A DNA stretch of 64,000 bases from an uncultured Leptospiraceae bacterium (GCA_964345775.1 CAYFSO010000001.1:11488-75487); one strand, 5' to 3'. Shown: positions 1-10,160, numbered from the stretch's first letter. The notes: generated from the sequence alone by a model not told the origin. A program made the numbers and translations.

Positions 1-1012
1 GGGACTGACAAAAAAATTTATTAAGGCAATGAAGGCATCCGGAATGGTTATCGGGGCACTGTATGACGATGCCCCTTCATACTCCGGGTCAACCATTATC
101 AACGAACTTGCAAAACTGCACAGGCACAGGGGATGTGATTCGGTCATAGCCATGGGTGCCGGTCCGGTTGCAGACATAGCAAAAGGTGTAAACCTGCTTG
201 CAACATTTAAAGAAGAAAACATTCTTATTTTCAGGGACAGGACAATCAGCCAGCACCTCAATCCGCTGGTAATGATCCCCGCAGGAGGACAGCTTGGCGG
301 CGAGATGTCCAGCATGGCTCATATCGAATCATTTGTGCTGCCATCAGATCACCTGTTCCCTGACGTGGTTGTCCTCGATGACAGGATGACACGTCCAGGT
401 TCTTCGGAGGCGGCCGTTAATTCAGCCATGGCATCACTGACCCATGCCATCGAGGCCAGTGCTTTTCCGCATAACGATCCCATAAATGACGCGTATGCGC
501 ATGCCACCATACAGTTCGTCTATGAGAATTTACTGAAGTCGGCAAAACGACCCAACAACAGGGCTGCCGGACTGGCACTTGCAAATGCATCTGCCAGCGG
601 AGATGTCTGCCTGTCCAATTCCCCGGCAGGACTGGTAAAACTCCTGGCAAATGCCATTTACGAAGAGACGGGAATACCTCACGGCATCAGCATGGGGATC
701 ATCCTGCCCTATCACCTGCAGTTGAAGCTCGATTCCCGGAAGAAGGTCCGGGAGGAGCTTTTGATGGCAATGACCGGTATTGACGAATACGCGCAGACGC
801 CGGCAAAGGAACGGTCGTCACGTGCGGTTCAACTGCTCTGGAAGCTCCAGGATGATCTTTCCAGAATATTGCCACGGTCATTCAAGGAACTTAACGTGCC
901 GGGGTACAAGTTGAAATCAATCGCTGAGCGTGCGGCACTGCTCAGCGAGAAACGCTACAAGCCCACCGAGGCATTGAAGCTTCTCACCCAGGCGTGGGAA
1001 GGACGGGCATAA
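1..1012 (+). CDS. Iron-containing alcohol dehydrogenase family protein, 5'-partial and lacking metal ligands. The reading frame is open from the window edge, so the gene starts upstream of the window.
   Basis: Paralog of the gene at 1628..2890, sharing the C-terminal ...AWEG end and the LANASA...PHGI block. The nucleotide-loop motif reads GAGPVADIAKGV instead of GGGSxxDxAKGV. The Fe ligands are substituted relative to the downstream paralog: MDALTH becomes MASLTH and HTLGH becomes KLLAN. Confidence 0.75.
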   Translation, partial: GLTKKFIKAMKASGMVIGALYDDAPSYSGSTIINELAKLHRHRGCDSVIAMGAGPVADIAKGVNLLATFKEENILIFRDRTISQHLNPLVMIPAGGQLGGEMSSMAHIESFVLPSDHLFPDVVVLDDRMTRPGSSEAAVNSAMASLTHAIEASAFPHNDPINDAYAHATIQFVYENLLKSAKRPNNRAAGLALANASASGDVCLSNSPAGLVKLLANAIYEETGIPHGISMGIILPYHLQLKLDSRKKVREELLMAMTGIDEYAQTPAKERSSRAVQLLWKLQDDLSRILPRSFKELNVPGYKLKSIAERAALLSEKRYKPTEALKLLTQAWEGRA

Positions 1013-1036
1013 TGACAGGAGCAAACGGAGGAATAT

Positions 1037-1582
1037 ATGGACTATAACAGGTATCCCGAGATACACCCGGGCGGCAAGCCCTTCAAAAAGATATACCTTG
1101 CCATTATGCTCTGGGTGGTGGGACGGGCCATGCAGGCAGCCGGCCGCACCGACAGGGAGCTGAAAGAGGAATTCGCCGCACTGCGTGATGACTTCCTCCT
1201 CAAGCTCTGGGTTCTTCCCGCCGGCCCCGCCATGCTGGTAGGCAGGGACGACAAGGGACGGGTGAAGTACTTCGGCTGGAAAGAACAGGGCAAAAAGCCA
1301 ACCCTGACCATGAGCGTGAAGAACATCGAGGCGGCCATGCTGCTTTTCACCTTCCAGGAGTCAACCACCATCGCCACTGCCCGTGAACGGCTGGTGGTAG
1401 ACGGGGATCTTCCCGATGCCTGCGCGGTGGTACGGGTGCTGAACACGGTGGAAACCTACCTGCTGCCAAAGGTCATCGCGAAACTGGCGGTGAAACGCTA
1501 CCCAAAATGGTCGCAGATGAATCCCTTCAGGAAACATTTTGGCAGAATCGCGGTATACGCCCGCACCTTCCTGGGGGTATAG
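1037..1582 (+). CDS. Hypothetical protein of 181 aa sitting between the two Fe-ADH paralogs.
   Basis: Intact ORF with a GGAGG RBS 7 nt upstream of the ATG. I recognise no motif. A hydrophobic stretch LAIMLWVVG lies near the N-terminus. Confidence 0.5.
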   Translation: MDYNRYPEIHPGGKPFKKIYLAIMLWVVGRAMQAAGRTDRELKEEFAALRDDFLLKLWVLPAGPAMLVGRDDKGRVKYFGWKEQGKKPTLTMSVKNIEAAMLLFTFQESTTIATARERLVVDGDLPDACAVVRVLNTVETYLLPKVIAKLAVKRYPKWSQMNPFRKHFGRIAVYARTFLGV

Positions 1583-1627
1583 CATGACATATATGGTATG
1601 TATAAATACAACGAGAGAGGTATAAAC

Positions 1628-2890
1628 ATGCAGTTACCAGGTTATTATGAATTCTGTTCACGCGTGAAGATGATATCAGGGCACAAGGCCCTTGAAGAAA
1701 TACCCGAAGCCCTTCTTAACCTGAAGGCAGAGAAACCCCTGATCATCACCGACAAGGGGGTTGCCGGTGCAGGCCTTATCAAACAGGTTACTGCCGCAAT
1801 GAACAAGGCAAAGAAGACATCAAAGGTGAAAGTAGGAGCAACCTACGACGATGTACCGCCCGATTCAGACATAAAGGTGGTAAACGAGGTAGCAAAGCTC
1901 TACAAGAGCAAGAAGTGCGACTCCATTATCGCCGTAGGAGGCGGTTCTGTTCTTGATACTGCAAAAGGTGTGAACATCGTTGTGTCAGAAAATGCTTCAG
2001 ATCTCATGCAGTATGCCGGGTACGGTGCCATAAAGAGAAAGCTGAACCCGGTTATTGCCATCCCCACCACTTCTGGCACCGGTTCCGAGATGACACTTGC
2101 GGCAGTTATCGCCGATCATTCCAATAACATCAAGATGGTATTCGGGTCATATTTCCTTCTTCCTGATTATGCCATCATAGATTCAAGAATGACAAAGACA
2201 CTGCCGGCATCCATTACCGCATTTACCGCCATGGACGCACTCACCCATGCCATCGAGGCATATACGTGCCTTGCCAAGAACCCGTTGAGTGACACAATGG
2301 CCATGTCCGCCATACAGCTCATCACCCATAACGTGGTGAACGTGGTGAAAAAGCCCAATGACATGGAGGGCAGACTTGCCCTTGCTAACGCGTCTGCAAT
2401 GGCAGGTATAGCCTTTTCCAACTCCATGGTAGGAATGGTGCATACCCTTGGCCATGCAACCGGTGGCGTGTGTAACGTACCCCATGGCATATGCATGAAC
2501 ATACTGCTTCCTTACGGCCTGGAGTACAACATGCACAAAACCGGTAAATACACTGGCGAACTGCTCTACCCCATGGCCGGGGAAGAGGTATATAACAGTA
2601 CCCCGGAAAAAGAACGACCTGTAAAAACCGTTGAACATGTGCGAAAGCTCATACAGGATTTGCACGATGCAACTGACGGGAAACATCCAAGGTGGTTCAA
2701 GGAAGTATATGACAGGGACGGGAACCAGATGGTACCCCGCGAGAAACTGCCGGATATCGCACGTACAGGAATGAGCGACGCCTCCCAGTTCTATAACCCC
2801 GAAGACCTCGATTACAACGATTTACTCTGGGTGATGGAGAACGCCTGGGAAGGAACACCACTGGACAGAAAGAAAGTCAAGAAAGGCTGA
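1628..2890 (+). CDS. Iron-containing alcohol dehydrogenase with canonical motifs.
   Basis: The GGGSVLDTAKGV nucleotide-binding loop is present. Metal ligands are present as AMDALTHAIEAY, HTLGH and PHGICM. The start was chosen at the ATG preceded by GAGAGAGG; the ORF track begins at 1598. Confidence 0.85.
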   Translation: MQLPGYYEFCSRVKMISGHKALEEIPEALLNLKAEKPLIITDKGVAGAGLIKQVTAAMNKAKKTSKVKVGATYDDVPPDSDIKVVNEVAKLYKSKKCDSIIAVGGGSVLDTAKGVNIVVSENASDLMQYAGYGAIKRKLNPVIAIPTTSGTGSEMTLAAVIADHSNNIKMVFGSYFLLPDYAIIDSRMTKTLPASITAFTAMDALTHAIEAYTCLAKNPLSDTMAMSAIQLITHNVVNVVKKPNDMEGRLALANASAMAGIAFSNSMVGMVHTLGHATGGVCNVPHGICMNILLPYGLEYNMHKTGKYTGELLYPMAGEEVYNSTPEKERPVKTVEHVRKLIQDLHDATDGKHPRWFKEVYDRDGNQMVPREKLPDIARTGMSDASQFYNPEDLDYNDLLWVMENAWEGTPLDRKKVKKG

Positions 2891-2994
2891 CATTCAACAG
2901 ACAGCATTCATGGCATGCCGCTTCCCGGCATGCCATGTCACCATTTCCCCTCCATTATCAACTCCACGCCTCAAGTAATTATTTGTAGCTTCTC

Positions 2995-3044
2995 AAAACC
3001 AGAGTGCCGCCCCGCCTTCGGCGGGGCGGCACTCTGGTTTTTTC
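2995..3044. terminator. Bidirectional rho-independent terminator between the convergent Fe-ADH and acylase genes.
   Basis: aaaaccagagtgccgccccgcc-ttcg-ggcggggcggcactctggtttttt. The GC-rich stem is perfect and about 20 bp long. It is flanked by an A-run on the left and a T-run on the right. Confidence 0.85.
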
Positions 3045-3235
3045 AGTAGTTAGCAGCAAAAGCATTTATTGTGCCCCCTGAAAATGAGAAGCGCGGTAGA
3101 ACTCAGCTATAACAGCATTGGACTTACAGACCACAGCCGGAAAAAAATGGACCATTCCCGGTCACTTGCCCATTCACTGGAGAACCTCACGGACCAGATC
3201 GTGACATTGAAACAGGTTATGGAATAACCCGGTTA

Positions 3236-5638
3236 TTACTCCTTCAACGGCTCAAGCGTATATTCGTTTTCAGCATGCTCCTTGATCATTTTATCACTGA
3301 ACCACCAGTATACCTTTTCACCGCTCATAAAGGCATCGGCCTGGTCTTTAAAATGCGGGTCAAATATCCTGCCGCTTGTACCCGCAGAAAGCACAGACAG
3401 CACCCTGTCATTATCGGCAAAATCAACCACCATGCGCATTGCGGCAGAAACCGTTACCTGGTAGGGATCGGTAAACTTGTAAATGGCCCGGTACAGTGTC
3501 TCACCTGAGCCATCCATGGGATACGGGCCCTCCCCAATTATGTACTTGAGGGCACCCTCCCGCATGATGGCACTTACGAACCCCTTTTGATGCAGGTCTC
3601 CCCACACGTATTGCCCGGGATCGGATCCGTACTCATCAAGCACCTGGCGTGCAGAGGCAAGTATAATGTCTTCCATCCGTTCTGTCTTTTCCGTTGTTGT
3701 ATCATCAAACCAGACCGAACTGCCCGAGAGCACCATTTCCTCAAACCTGTTCTGCCAGAAATACCATGAATCCAGCATGGTGCCTGTCAGTTCTTCACCA
3801 AGCTCGTCCCTGAATGTATTCATGGCCATATTCCTGTATACTGCCTGCATTACTGCCGGGGCGGCGGTATCTTTCCTGTCAAGGAAGTCCCAGCTTTTCA
3901 GTATCTCACCCATCTGCTTTGTATCTTTCTGTTCAAGAAGAACCCTGCTTATAACAGGTGCCAGCTTTTCGGCCAGCTTGTTCTTGATATCACGCTGAAA
4001 TGCCCATGAATCATCGGCACTTATTTTTTCCTTTGAACCAAACAGTTCCATCATTCGTGCATACCTGTAATACGATGCGAAATAGGATGACACGTAATAG
4101 GGATAACCGGAGAACACCGTATTGTGATTGGAAGTACCAACCCAGCCTTTATCGGGGTTGGTCCATGATGGCATTTTGTTACAGGGTATCCATCCGGTCC
4201 AGTTGTCCTTCCCGTCCTTCACCACGTACGGAACCGTACTTTCACCCTGTGAACGTATGGGAAGTCGACCGGTTGTATGCCAGGCAATGTTTCCATCGGC
4301 ATCGGCGTACACAAAGTTCAGCATGACCATGGTAACCTTGCCCAGCTCCTTTTCAACGTCAAAGACGTTCTTACAATTGACCAGATCTTCAAGGCCTGTA
4401 ACCGGGCTCATGGTCTCGAAAGGAGACCATCTTACCGTGATGACCCTGTCGGTTTTAAGAGCGGGCATTACATTCGATATTACCGGTCCGCGCTTTGTCA
4501 GCCTGATGGTTATCTCTTCTTCACGAAATCCCTTCTCCGCATCACCATCTTTTATTTTCAGGGTTTCGGTAATTGTCTCAAACGGGATTGAGCGGGATCC
4601 CTCCATGTACCTGTTCTCGTTTTTCGGATCCACCGTCTCAATGTAGAGGTCCTGTGCGTCACCGTATGAATTGGTGATCCCAAAGGCAACATGTTCGGTT
4701 CTTCCAATGATCATGCCGGGCATTCCCGGGATAATGGCCCCAACCGCCCTGAACTCCGGGGTGATAAGGCCCATGGGATACATGGGGCCGGGGATCATGG
4801 TTGTTTCCAGGTGCGGGTCGTTGCACAGCATGGCCTTCCCGCTTTCTGTTCTTGAGGGCGATATGGCCCAGTTGTTGCTTCCCACTTCAAGCGTGAAAGG
4901 ATCTTTCAACATGGCCATCAGTTGCTCATCTTTCGAAAGGTCTATACCAATTGCTTCAAGGTTATCCAATGCGGGCCGCCTGGTATTATTTGCAAGTGAT
5001 GCTCCATCCTCGGGATTGGTGTTTATGGGAAATATCTCCCGTGCCTTTGCCGGGCCAACCTTTTCCACCAGCATCTGCGCCACCATCTCGGTGTCAATAT
5101 TGGCCGCGGTGCTCCACCCCATGTAATAGAGTATTGAGAGGATATCGTCAATTTCCCATTTCGATGGCTGTATTCCCGCCAGGCTGAACTCCACGTGATG
5201 GTTATCTTTCTGGTTTTCAATGTACTGGTTTACCCCATCCGCATATGCCTGGAAGAATGCCCTGCTTTTGTGGCTCAATATCTTCGCGTGTTTTTTCGCA
5301 TTCCTGTGAAAACCAAGGGTTCGCATTCGTGTATCCAGGCCCTTCGCCTGTTCACCTGCCAGTTCACAGATACGTCCCTGGGCAAACATGCGGGTCAATT
5401 CCATCTGGAACAGCCTGTCCTGTGCGCTAATGAACCCCTGTGCAAGAATGGCATCATGAAGATCATCCGCGTAAACATACGCCATTCCCTTCTCGTCCCG
5501 CACAACTTCAATTTTGCCATGCAGGCCATCGACAGAAATCGTACCGTCATCCTGGTAATTGTTCACGGTGTGTACAAGTATCAGTATTCCAATAATTATA
5601 ACAGCAAGCACCATACCGGCAATCTTTGCAATCTTCAT
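3236..5638 (-). CDS. Penicillin amidase / acylase family protein (Ntn hydrolase; it could be an AHL acylase), secreted.
   Basis: The translation contains the G-SNNW-A motif (EVGSNNWAISP) that marks the autoproteolytic beta-subunit N-terminus of penicillin/AHL acylases. It has an N-terminal signal/TM segment MKIAKIAGMVLAVIIIGILIL. A GGAGG RBS lies upstream. Length is 800 aa. Confidence 0.85.
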   Translation of the reverse strand: MKIAKIAGMVLAVIIIGILILVHTVNNYQDDGTISVDGLHGKIEVVRDEKGMAYVYADDLHDAILAQGFISAQDRLFQMELTRMFAQGRICELAGEQAKGLDTRMRTLGFHRNAKKHAKILSHKSRAFFQAYADGVNQYIENQKDNHHVEFSLAGIQPSKWEIDDILSILYYMGWSTAANIDTEMVAQMLVEKVGPAKAREIFPINTNPEDGASLANNTRRPALDNLEAIGIDLSKDEQLMAMLKDPFTLEVGSNNWAISPSRTESGKAMLCNDPHLETTMIPGPMYPMGLITPEFRAVGAIIPGMPGMIIGRTEHVAFGITNSYGDAQDLYIETVDPKNENRYMEGSRSIPFETITETLKIKDGDAEKGFREEEITIRLTKRGPVISNVMPALKTDRVITVRWSPFETMSPVTGLEDLVNCKNVFDVEKELGKVTMVMLNFVYADADGNIAWHTTGRLPIRSQGESTVPYVVKDGKDNWTGWIPCNKMPSWTNPDKGWVGTSNHNTVFSGYPYYVSSYFASYYRYARMMELFGSKEKISADDSWAFQRDIKNKLAEKLAPVISRVLLEQKDTKQMGEILKSWDFLDRKDTAAPAVMQAVYRNMAMNTFRDELGEELTGTMLDSWYFWQNRFEEMVLSGSSVWFDDTTTEKTERMEDIILASARQVLDEYGSDPGQYVWGDLHQKGFVSAIMREGALKYIIGEGPYPMDGSGETLYRAIYKFTDPYQVTVSAAMRMVVDFADNDRVLSVLSAGTSGRIFDPHFKDQADAFMSGEKVYWWFSDKMIKEHAENEYTLEPLKE

Positions 5639-5827
5639 CTCAAACCTCCATATTAGTGAACGGCATTCAGCATCTTTACATGAGTACCGGTATTAATCAA
5701 GAACAAAGCGGAATCTTAACACATTTAAGAAGAATTAGATTGACTGACAGCATCAGCGGGCGTATACTACAGTATAAAGTCAAATGAACATATACATAGT
5801 TGATCCTACTGGAGAGATGTGTACAGG

Positions 5828-7756
5828 ATGGAAACACCGTCAATACTCATCGTTGAAGACGAGGCCATAGTAGCCCTTGATATACGAAAAAGTCTCGAAA
5901 GCCTCGGGTACAACATAGCCGGCATGGCTTCTTCAGGTGAAGAAGCCATGGATATCGCCCGTGATACCAGGCCCCATCTTGTGATAATGGATATTGTTCT
6001 GCCCGGGAAGATGGACGGTATTGAAACCGCAAGCCAGATACATGCCGAGATAGACTGTCCCATTATATACTTAACCGCCCACTCTGACAGGGCAACAGTG
6101 GAGCGGGCCACCGAGACCATGCAGTATGGCTACCTGGTCAAACCCATCACCACCAACGAGTTGTACTCCGCCATTGAGACCACCCTGCAGCGCAGGAAAC
6201 TTGAATTACAGATACGTGACAGCGAAGAGAAGTATCGAATAACACTTAATTCAATCATGGACGCCGTCATAACAACCGATATCGACGGAAAGATCATCAG
6301 GATGAACCCGGCAGCCGAAAAGCTGTCAGGCTGGCCAGGGGACGAGGCACTGGGCCGTGATGTCTCTACTGTCATTGATATATTTGACGCAGAAACCAGG
6401 GAAAAAAACCAGCATCCCAGCTTCCGCATTCTTCAGGAAGGGCAGAGCATACGGTTTGACCGTCACATGGTACTACAGTCCCGGGACAACACTGAAAGAA
6501 GAATATCCTGTAATGGCGCCCCCCTGAGGTATTCAGACGAAGATGTATCAGGTGCGGTACTGGTGCTGCAGGATATAACCGAAAAGTTCAAGCTTGAGAA
6601 TGAACTGCGCCAGTCACAGAAAATGGAGTCCATCGGACGCCTTGCAGGCGGTGTGGCGCATGATTTCAACAATATTCTTACCACCATTATCGGGTACGCA
6701 GATCTTGGGCTCAAGGAGCTGGATGAAGACAACCCGCTGTACGAGATGATGAAAGAGATCGGCTCCGCGGGGAAACGCGGTTCCTCGCTCACCCAGCAGC
6801 TGCTTTCCATCAGCCGCAAACAGGTACTTACCCTGCAGCCTCTTCCTGTCAATGATGTAATCACGGGGATGGAAAAGATGCTCCACCGCCTCATAGGGGA
6901 GGACGTGGAACTGAGCATTCGCCTCGACCCCCTCAATACGTGCATCAGGGCCGACCATTCGCAGATCATACAGGTACTCATGAATCTCTGCATCAACGCG
7001 CGTGACGCCATGCCCGACGGCGGCATAATAATCATCGAAACCAATACCATGCTGATCGATGATACGTATACCCAGCATCACCCCTTTATTAAGCCGGGAG
7101 AATACGCTATGCTTACTGTCAGCGATAACGGCGTGGGGATGGACGAGGAGACACAGAGTCACATCTTTGAACCCTTTTACACCACAAAGGAAAAGGGGAA
7201 GGGAACAGGCCTGGGCCTTTCAACCGTGTACGGGATAATCAAGCAGCATAATGGTAATATTCTTGTTTACAGTGAACCGGGTAAAGGTACTACCTTCAGG
7301 ATATACCTTCCATCTATCGAGGAACGGATGGATCGGGAAAAACCCGTACCCAGGGAATTGCAGGAGCAGCTCAACTTAAATGGATCCATCCTTGTTGTTG
7401 AAGACAATGATGAATTGAGAAAGGTTGCTTCAAGCATATTGAAACGGTACGGTTTTACCGTGATGGATGCCGGAAGGGTAGACGAGGCAATAGAGATCGC
7501 ACAAAAAGAAGAAGGGAATATTGACCTGCTCCTTACTGACGTGGTAATGCCCGGCATGAACGGTAAAGAATTGTACGAAGAAATTCAGGATTGCCAGCCA
7601 CATATGAAAGTATTGTACATGTCCGGATATACCGAAGACATCATATCCAGCCATGGCATATTACAAGAGGGGATCAATTTCATCCAGAAACCATTTACCG
7701 TACATGGTCTTGTGCAAAAGATACACAAAGTTATGGAAAGCGGCGCATCGGGCTAA
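5828..7756 (+). CDS. Hybrid sensor histidine kinase with the domain order REC-PAS-HisKA-HATPase-REC.
   Basis: N-terminal receiver domain (ILIVEDEA...VIMDIVLPG). H-box: AGGVAHDFNNILTTI. HATPase motifs: DNGVGMD and GTGLGLSTV. A second receiver domain sits at the C-terminus (ILVVEDN...LLLTDVVMPGMNG). The ORF track begins at GTG 5819; the ATG at 5828 is the more likely start. Confidence 0.85.
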   Translation: METPSILIVEDEAIVALDIRKSLESLGYNIAGMASSGEEAMDIARDTRPHLVIMDIVLPGKMDGIETASQIHAEIDCPIIYLTAHSDRATVERATETMQYGYLVKPITTNELYSAIETTLQRRKLELQIRDSEEKYRITLNSIMDAVITTDIDGKIIRMNPAAEKLSGWPGDEALGRDVSTVIDIFDAETREKNQHPSFRILQEGQSIRFDRHMVLQSRDNTERRISCNGAPLRYSDEDVSGAVLVLQDITEKFKLENELRQSQKMESIGRLAGGVAHDFNNILTTIIGYADLGLKELDEDNPLYEMMKEIGSAGKRGSSLTQQLLSISRKQVLTLQPLPVNDVITGMEKMLHRLIGEDVELSIRLDPLNTCIRADHSQIIQVLMNLCINARDAMPDGGIIIIETNTMLIDDTYTQHHPFIKPGEYAMLTVSDNGVGMDEETQSHIFEPFYTTKEKGKGTGLGLSTVYGIIKQHNGNILVYSEPGKGTTFRIYLPSIEERMDREKPVPRELQEQLNLNGSILVVEDNDELRKVASSILKRYGFTVMDAGRVDEAIEIAQKEEGNIDLLLTDVVMPGMNGKELYEEIQDCQPHMKVLYMSGYTEDIISSHGILQEGINFIQKPFTVHGLVQKIHKVMESGASG

Positions 7757-8211
7757 GACCCCGTCTTCCATCTCCAGTCTACACCCTTCTTATCAAGGTA
7801 CCATTCGAATTGCCTCACGGTTGAGAAGTATTTTTTATATGGAGAGTCGTAGTACTCACAGTCTCCCTCCTCTTCACCGTGTGTCTTGCAGATTTTGGGC
7901 CTTGTTTTGCTTTTATGTATTGAACATAAACCGTTAGCATCAAGTTTTTCGCAGGGTGACCTGAATTCCACGTACCACTTGTTATCATGTTCGATGAACA
8001 CGTTCACGTTCTCATGTAACAGGTACCATCGTATATGATCATACTGTGTTTTCGTGGCGGGCCGGTCTATTTCAATGGCCACATACCTGCAGCAGCTTCC
8101 GCCACATGCGAAACAATCCGGGGGTTTTTTTTCGGTTTCCATGTAAAACACGGTAATCTGGCAGTTTTTGCTGTCAAACGTAAATTGCGGAAAAATATTT
8201 TCGTTTGACAT
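7753..8211 (-). CDS. YkgJ/UPF0153-type cysteine-cluster protein (putative Zn- or Fe-chelating domain).
   Basis: Central CFACGGSCC motif resembling the CxxCxxCC family, plus further conserved Cys residues. Length is 152 aa. Its 3' end overlaps the convergent kinase gene by 4 nt. Confidence 0.5.
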   Translation of the reverse strand: MSNENIFPQFTFDSKNCQITVFYMETEKKPPDCFACGGSCCRYVAIEIDRPATKTQYDHIRWYLLHENVNVFIEHDNKWYVEFRSPCEKLDANGLCSIHKSKTRPKICKTHGEEEGDCEYYDSPYKKYFSTVRQFEWYLDKKGVDWRWKTGS

Positions 8212-8279
8212 GATAATCTATTGCAATTATGACGATATAATATAGTATAGAATAGAAAATATATTACAAAGCGATTGAG

Positions 8280-9104
8280 ATGTTAGTGAGCAAAGATCAA
8301 CATGATCCGGCAGTATTGATAAAAAGACCCGGTATCGGTGTCATAGCACTTGTTGCCGTGACCATGCTCCTGGTTCAATGCGGCACCACAAGGGTTTCAC
8401 GGGACTTCGGAAGCGATGGCAGGCTGAAAGAGGTGAAAGTATTCCAGGGTGACAACCCTGTTTCACGGTATGAGCTGAGCTATGACAAAAAGGATCGGCT
8501 TACCCGAATCGATCATTATACGGGTACCCGGGAAGATCCCCATGTGATACACAGGTTTTACTACGACAGGGCCAACCGCCTGAAACTGCACTGGTACAAG
8601 GGCGAAAAAAAAATAGGGGGCAAGCAGGTACAGGATGAATGGGTCGAATCGTTTATTTTTAACCGTGCCGGAAAGTTGATCCGAACTGAAATATCATACA
8701 AAAAACCCTACAGCATCAAACAATCACAAACCCCTCTTCTTAAAACATCCTACGAGTACCGGCATAACCTGCTTGAAGAGATACTGCTTGATGGCGGGCG
8801 ATACGCGTTTACAAAGCGGGCCGTGCTCAATTATGGTAATGATTCGCTCAAGACCATTGAATACACCCGCAAAACGTACCGGTGGAAAGAAAAAAAAGAG
8901 ATACTGACCCGGCACATGACATTTTACATGGACCACATGAAACCATACAAGTACCGGGACAGGATGACCGGTGAAACCACGGGAAACAATGACCTGGCAA
9001 TGAAAAGATTCATGGAAGAAGGCATCTGGATGGCTTTACAAAAACCCGACTACGCCACTACCCCCCACAAGTATATTGACGTGCTTATCGCACAATACAG
9101 GTGA
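8280..9104 (+). CDS. Hypothetical secreted protein or lipoprotein with YD-like repeats.
   Basis: N-terminal hydrophobic segment ending in LLVQC. Repeats of the form YxYDxxxRL appear as LSYDKKDRLTRI and FYYDRANRLKL, recalling RHS/YD repeats. Confidence 0.45.
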   Translation: MLVSKDQHDPAVLIKRPGIGVIALVAVTMLLVQCGTTRVSRDFGSDGRLKEVKVFQGDNPVSRYELSYDKKDRLTRIDHYTGTREDPHVIHRFYYDRANRLKLHWYKGEKKIGGKQVQDEWVESFIFNRAGKLIRTEISYKKPYSIKQSQTPLLKTSYEYRHNLLEEILLDGGRYAFTKRAVLNYGNDSLKTIEYTRKTYRWKEKKEILTRHMTFYMDHMKPYKYRDRMTGETTGNNDLAMKRFMEEGIWMALQKPDYATTPHKYIDVLIAQYR

Positions 9105-10160
9105 TCATCCCATCTTTTGCACGTACAGTGTCTGCGTTGGAAATGCAAACTCGATGCCCATTTTTTCAAGTCTTCGCTTGAGCTGCAGGTTTACTTCCTG
9201 TTGTATATCCCTGTACTTCGCGTAATCACTGCTTAACACGTAGAATACCACTTCAAATACCAGGCTGAAGTCACCAAAAGACACAAAGTGGGCACGGCCA
9301 AAACGGGTTTCGTCAATATTCTCAACGATCTCCTGTACCACACCGGGTATCTTTTCAAGTTTAGCGGCGGTAGTCTGGTACGTAACACCAAATTCGAAGG
9401 AAACCCTTCTTTCGTACATCTTTTTATAATTTCTCAGGCGCGAACCAGTGAGATCAGTGTTGGAAAAAACAAGCTGTTCACCACTTAGACTTCTTATCCT
9501 TGTACTCTTAATGCCTATATGCTCAACGACACCCAGGTACTGGTCAACGATGATAAAGTCACCTATTTCAAAAGGCCTGTCAAAAAATATGGTGAAATAG
9601 TTGAACACGTCTCCAAGTATGGCCTGGGCTGCAAACGCAATGGCAACACCTCCAATACCAAGTCCCGCGATCAGACCCGATATCTTCACACCAAGGTTAT
9701 CAAGCAGAATAATGAGGGCTATTGACCAGATCATCACCTTGATGATGGTACCCAGCAGCACTATGGTGTTACTCTTTTCATCTTCGACCCCCTTGTTTCT
9801 CCAGTACCTGCGTATAAAAAACAGTATCAATGATACAAGAAGCTTTGCACCGTAAAATACTGCCAGTGCTACGCCTGCTACATACAGGGCATTATCGATG
9901 AAAAGATGCAGGTTAAGCCTGGTGATACTTGCATACAGCACACCGTAATACAAAAGCGGCATCAGGTTTTTTTTGATGGCATACAGCACCAGGTCGTCAA
10001 TATCGGTATCGGTTTTGGAAACGAAGACCCTGACCCTGAAAAGCACTATCATTTTGATTATGAACACCAGTACAAAGCCACCTATTATCAATGCAGCTGA
10101 ATAAAGGTATTGATCTACAGCATTTCCCCAAACAACCTGGTCAAGAATACTTAAATCCAT
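9105..10160 (-). CDS. Mechanosensitive ion channel protein of the MscS family.
   Basis: N-terminal TM helices followed by the conserved MscS core (LGDVFNYFTIFFDRPFEIGDFI...GVVEHIGIKSTRIRS). A GAAGAGGGA RBS lies upstream. Confidence 0.85.
   Translation of the reverse strand: MDLSILDQVVWGNAVDQYLYSAALIIGGFVLVFIIKMIVLFRVRVFVSKTDTDIDDLVLYAIKKNLMPLLYYGVLYASITRLNLHLFIDNALYVAGVALAVFYGAKLLVSLILFFIRRYWRNKGVEDEKSNTIVLLGTIIKVMIWSIALIILLDNLGVKISGLIAGLGIGGVAIAFAAQAILGDVFNYFTIFFDRPFEIGDFIIVDQYLGVVEHIGIKSTRIRSLSGEQLVFSNTDLTGSRLRNYKKMYERRVSFEFGVTYQTTAAKLEKIPGVVQEIVENIDETRFGRAHFVSFGDFSLVFEVVFYVLSSDYAKYRDIQQEVNLQLKRRLEKMGIEFAFPTQTLYVQKMG

Noticed and set aside
3216-3234. Near-palindrome aataacccggttatt just 3' of the acylase stop.
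   Set aside because: The stem is short, has a single-base asymmetry, and is not followed by a U-tract on either strand. The strong bidirectional terminator about 190 bp away explains termination.
3275-5656. Numerous plus-strand ORFs of 60-172 aa.
   Set aside because: All lie inside the 800-aa penicillin acylase gene on the other strand. This is typical for a long open antisense frame in moderately GC-balanced DNA.
6463-7162. Two overlapping minus-strand ORFs of 195 and 182 aa.
   Set aside because: They are antisense to the hybrid histidine kinase, which has clear H-box and ATPase motifs.
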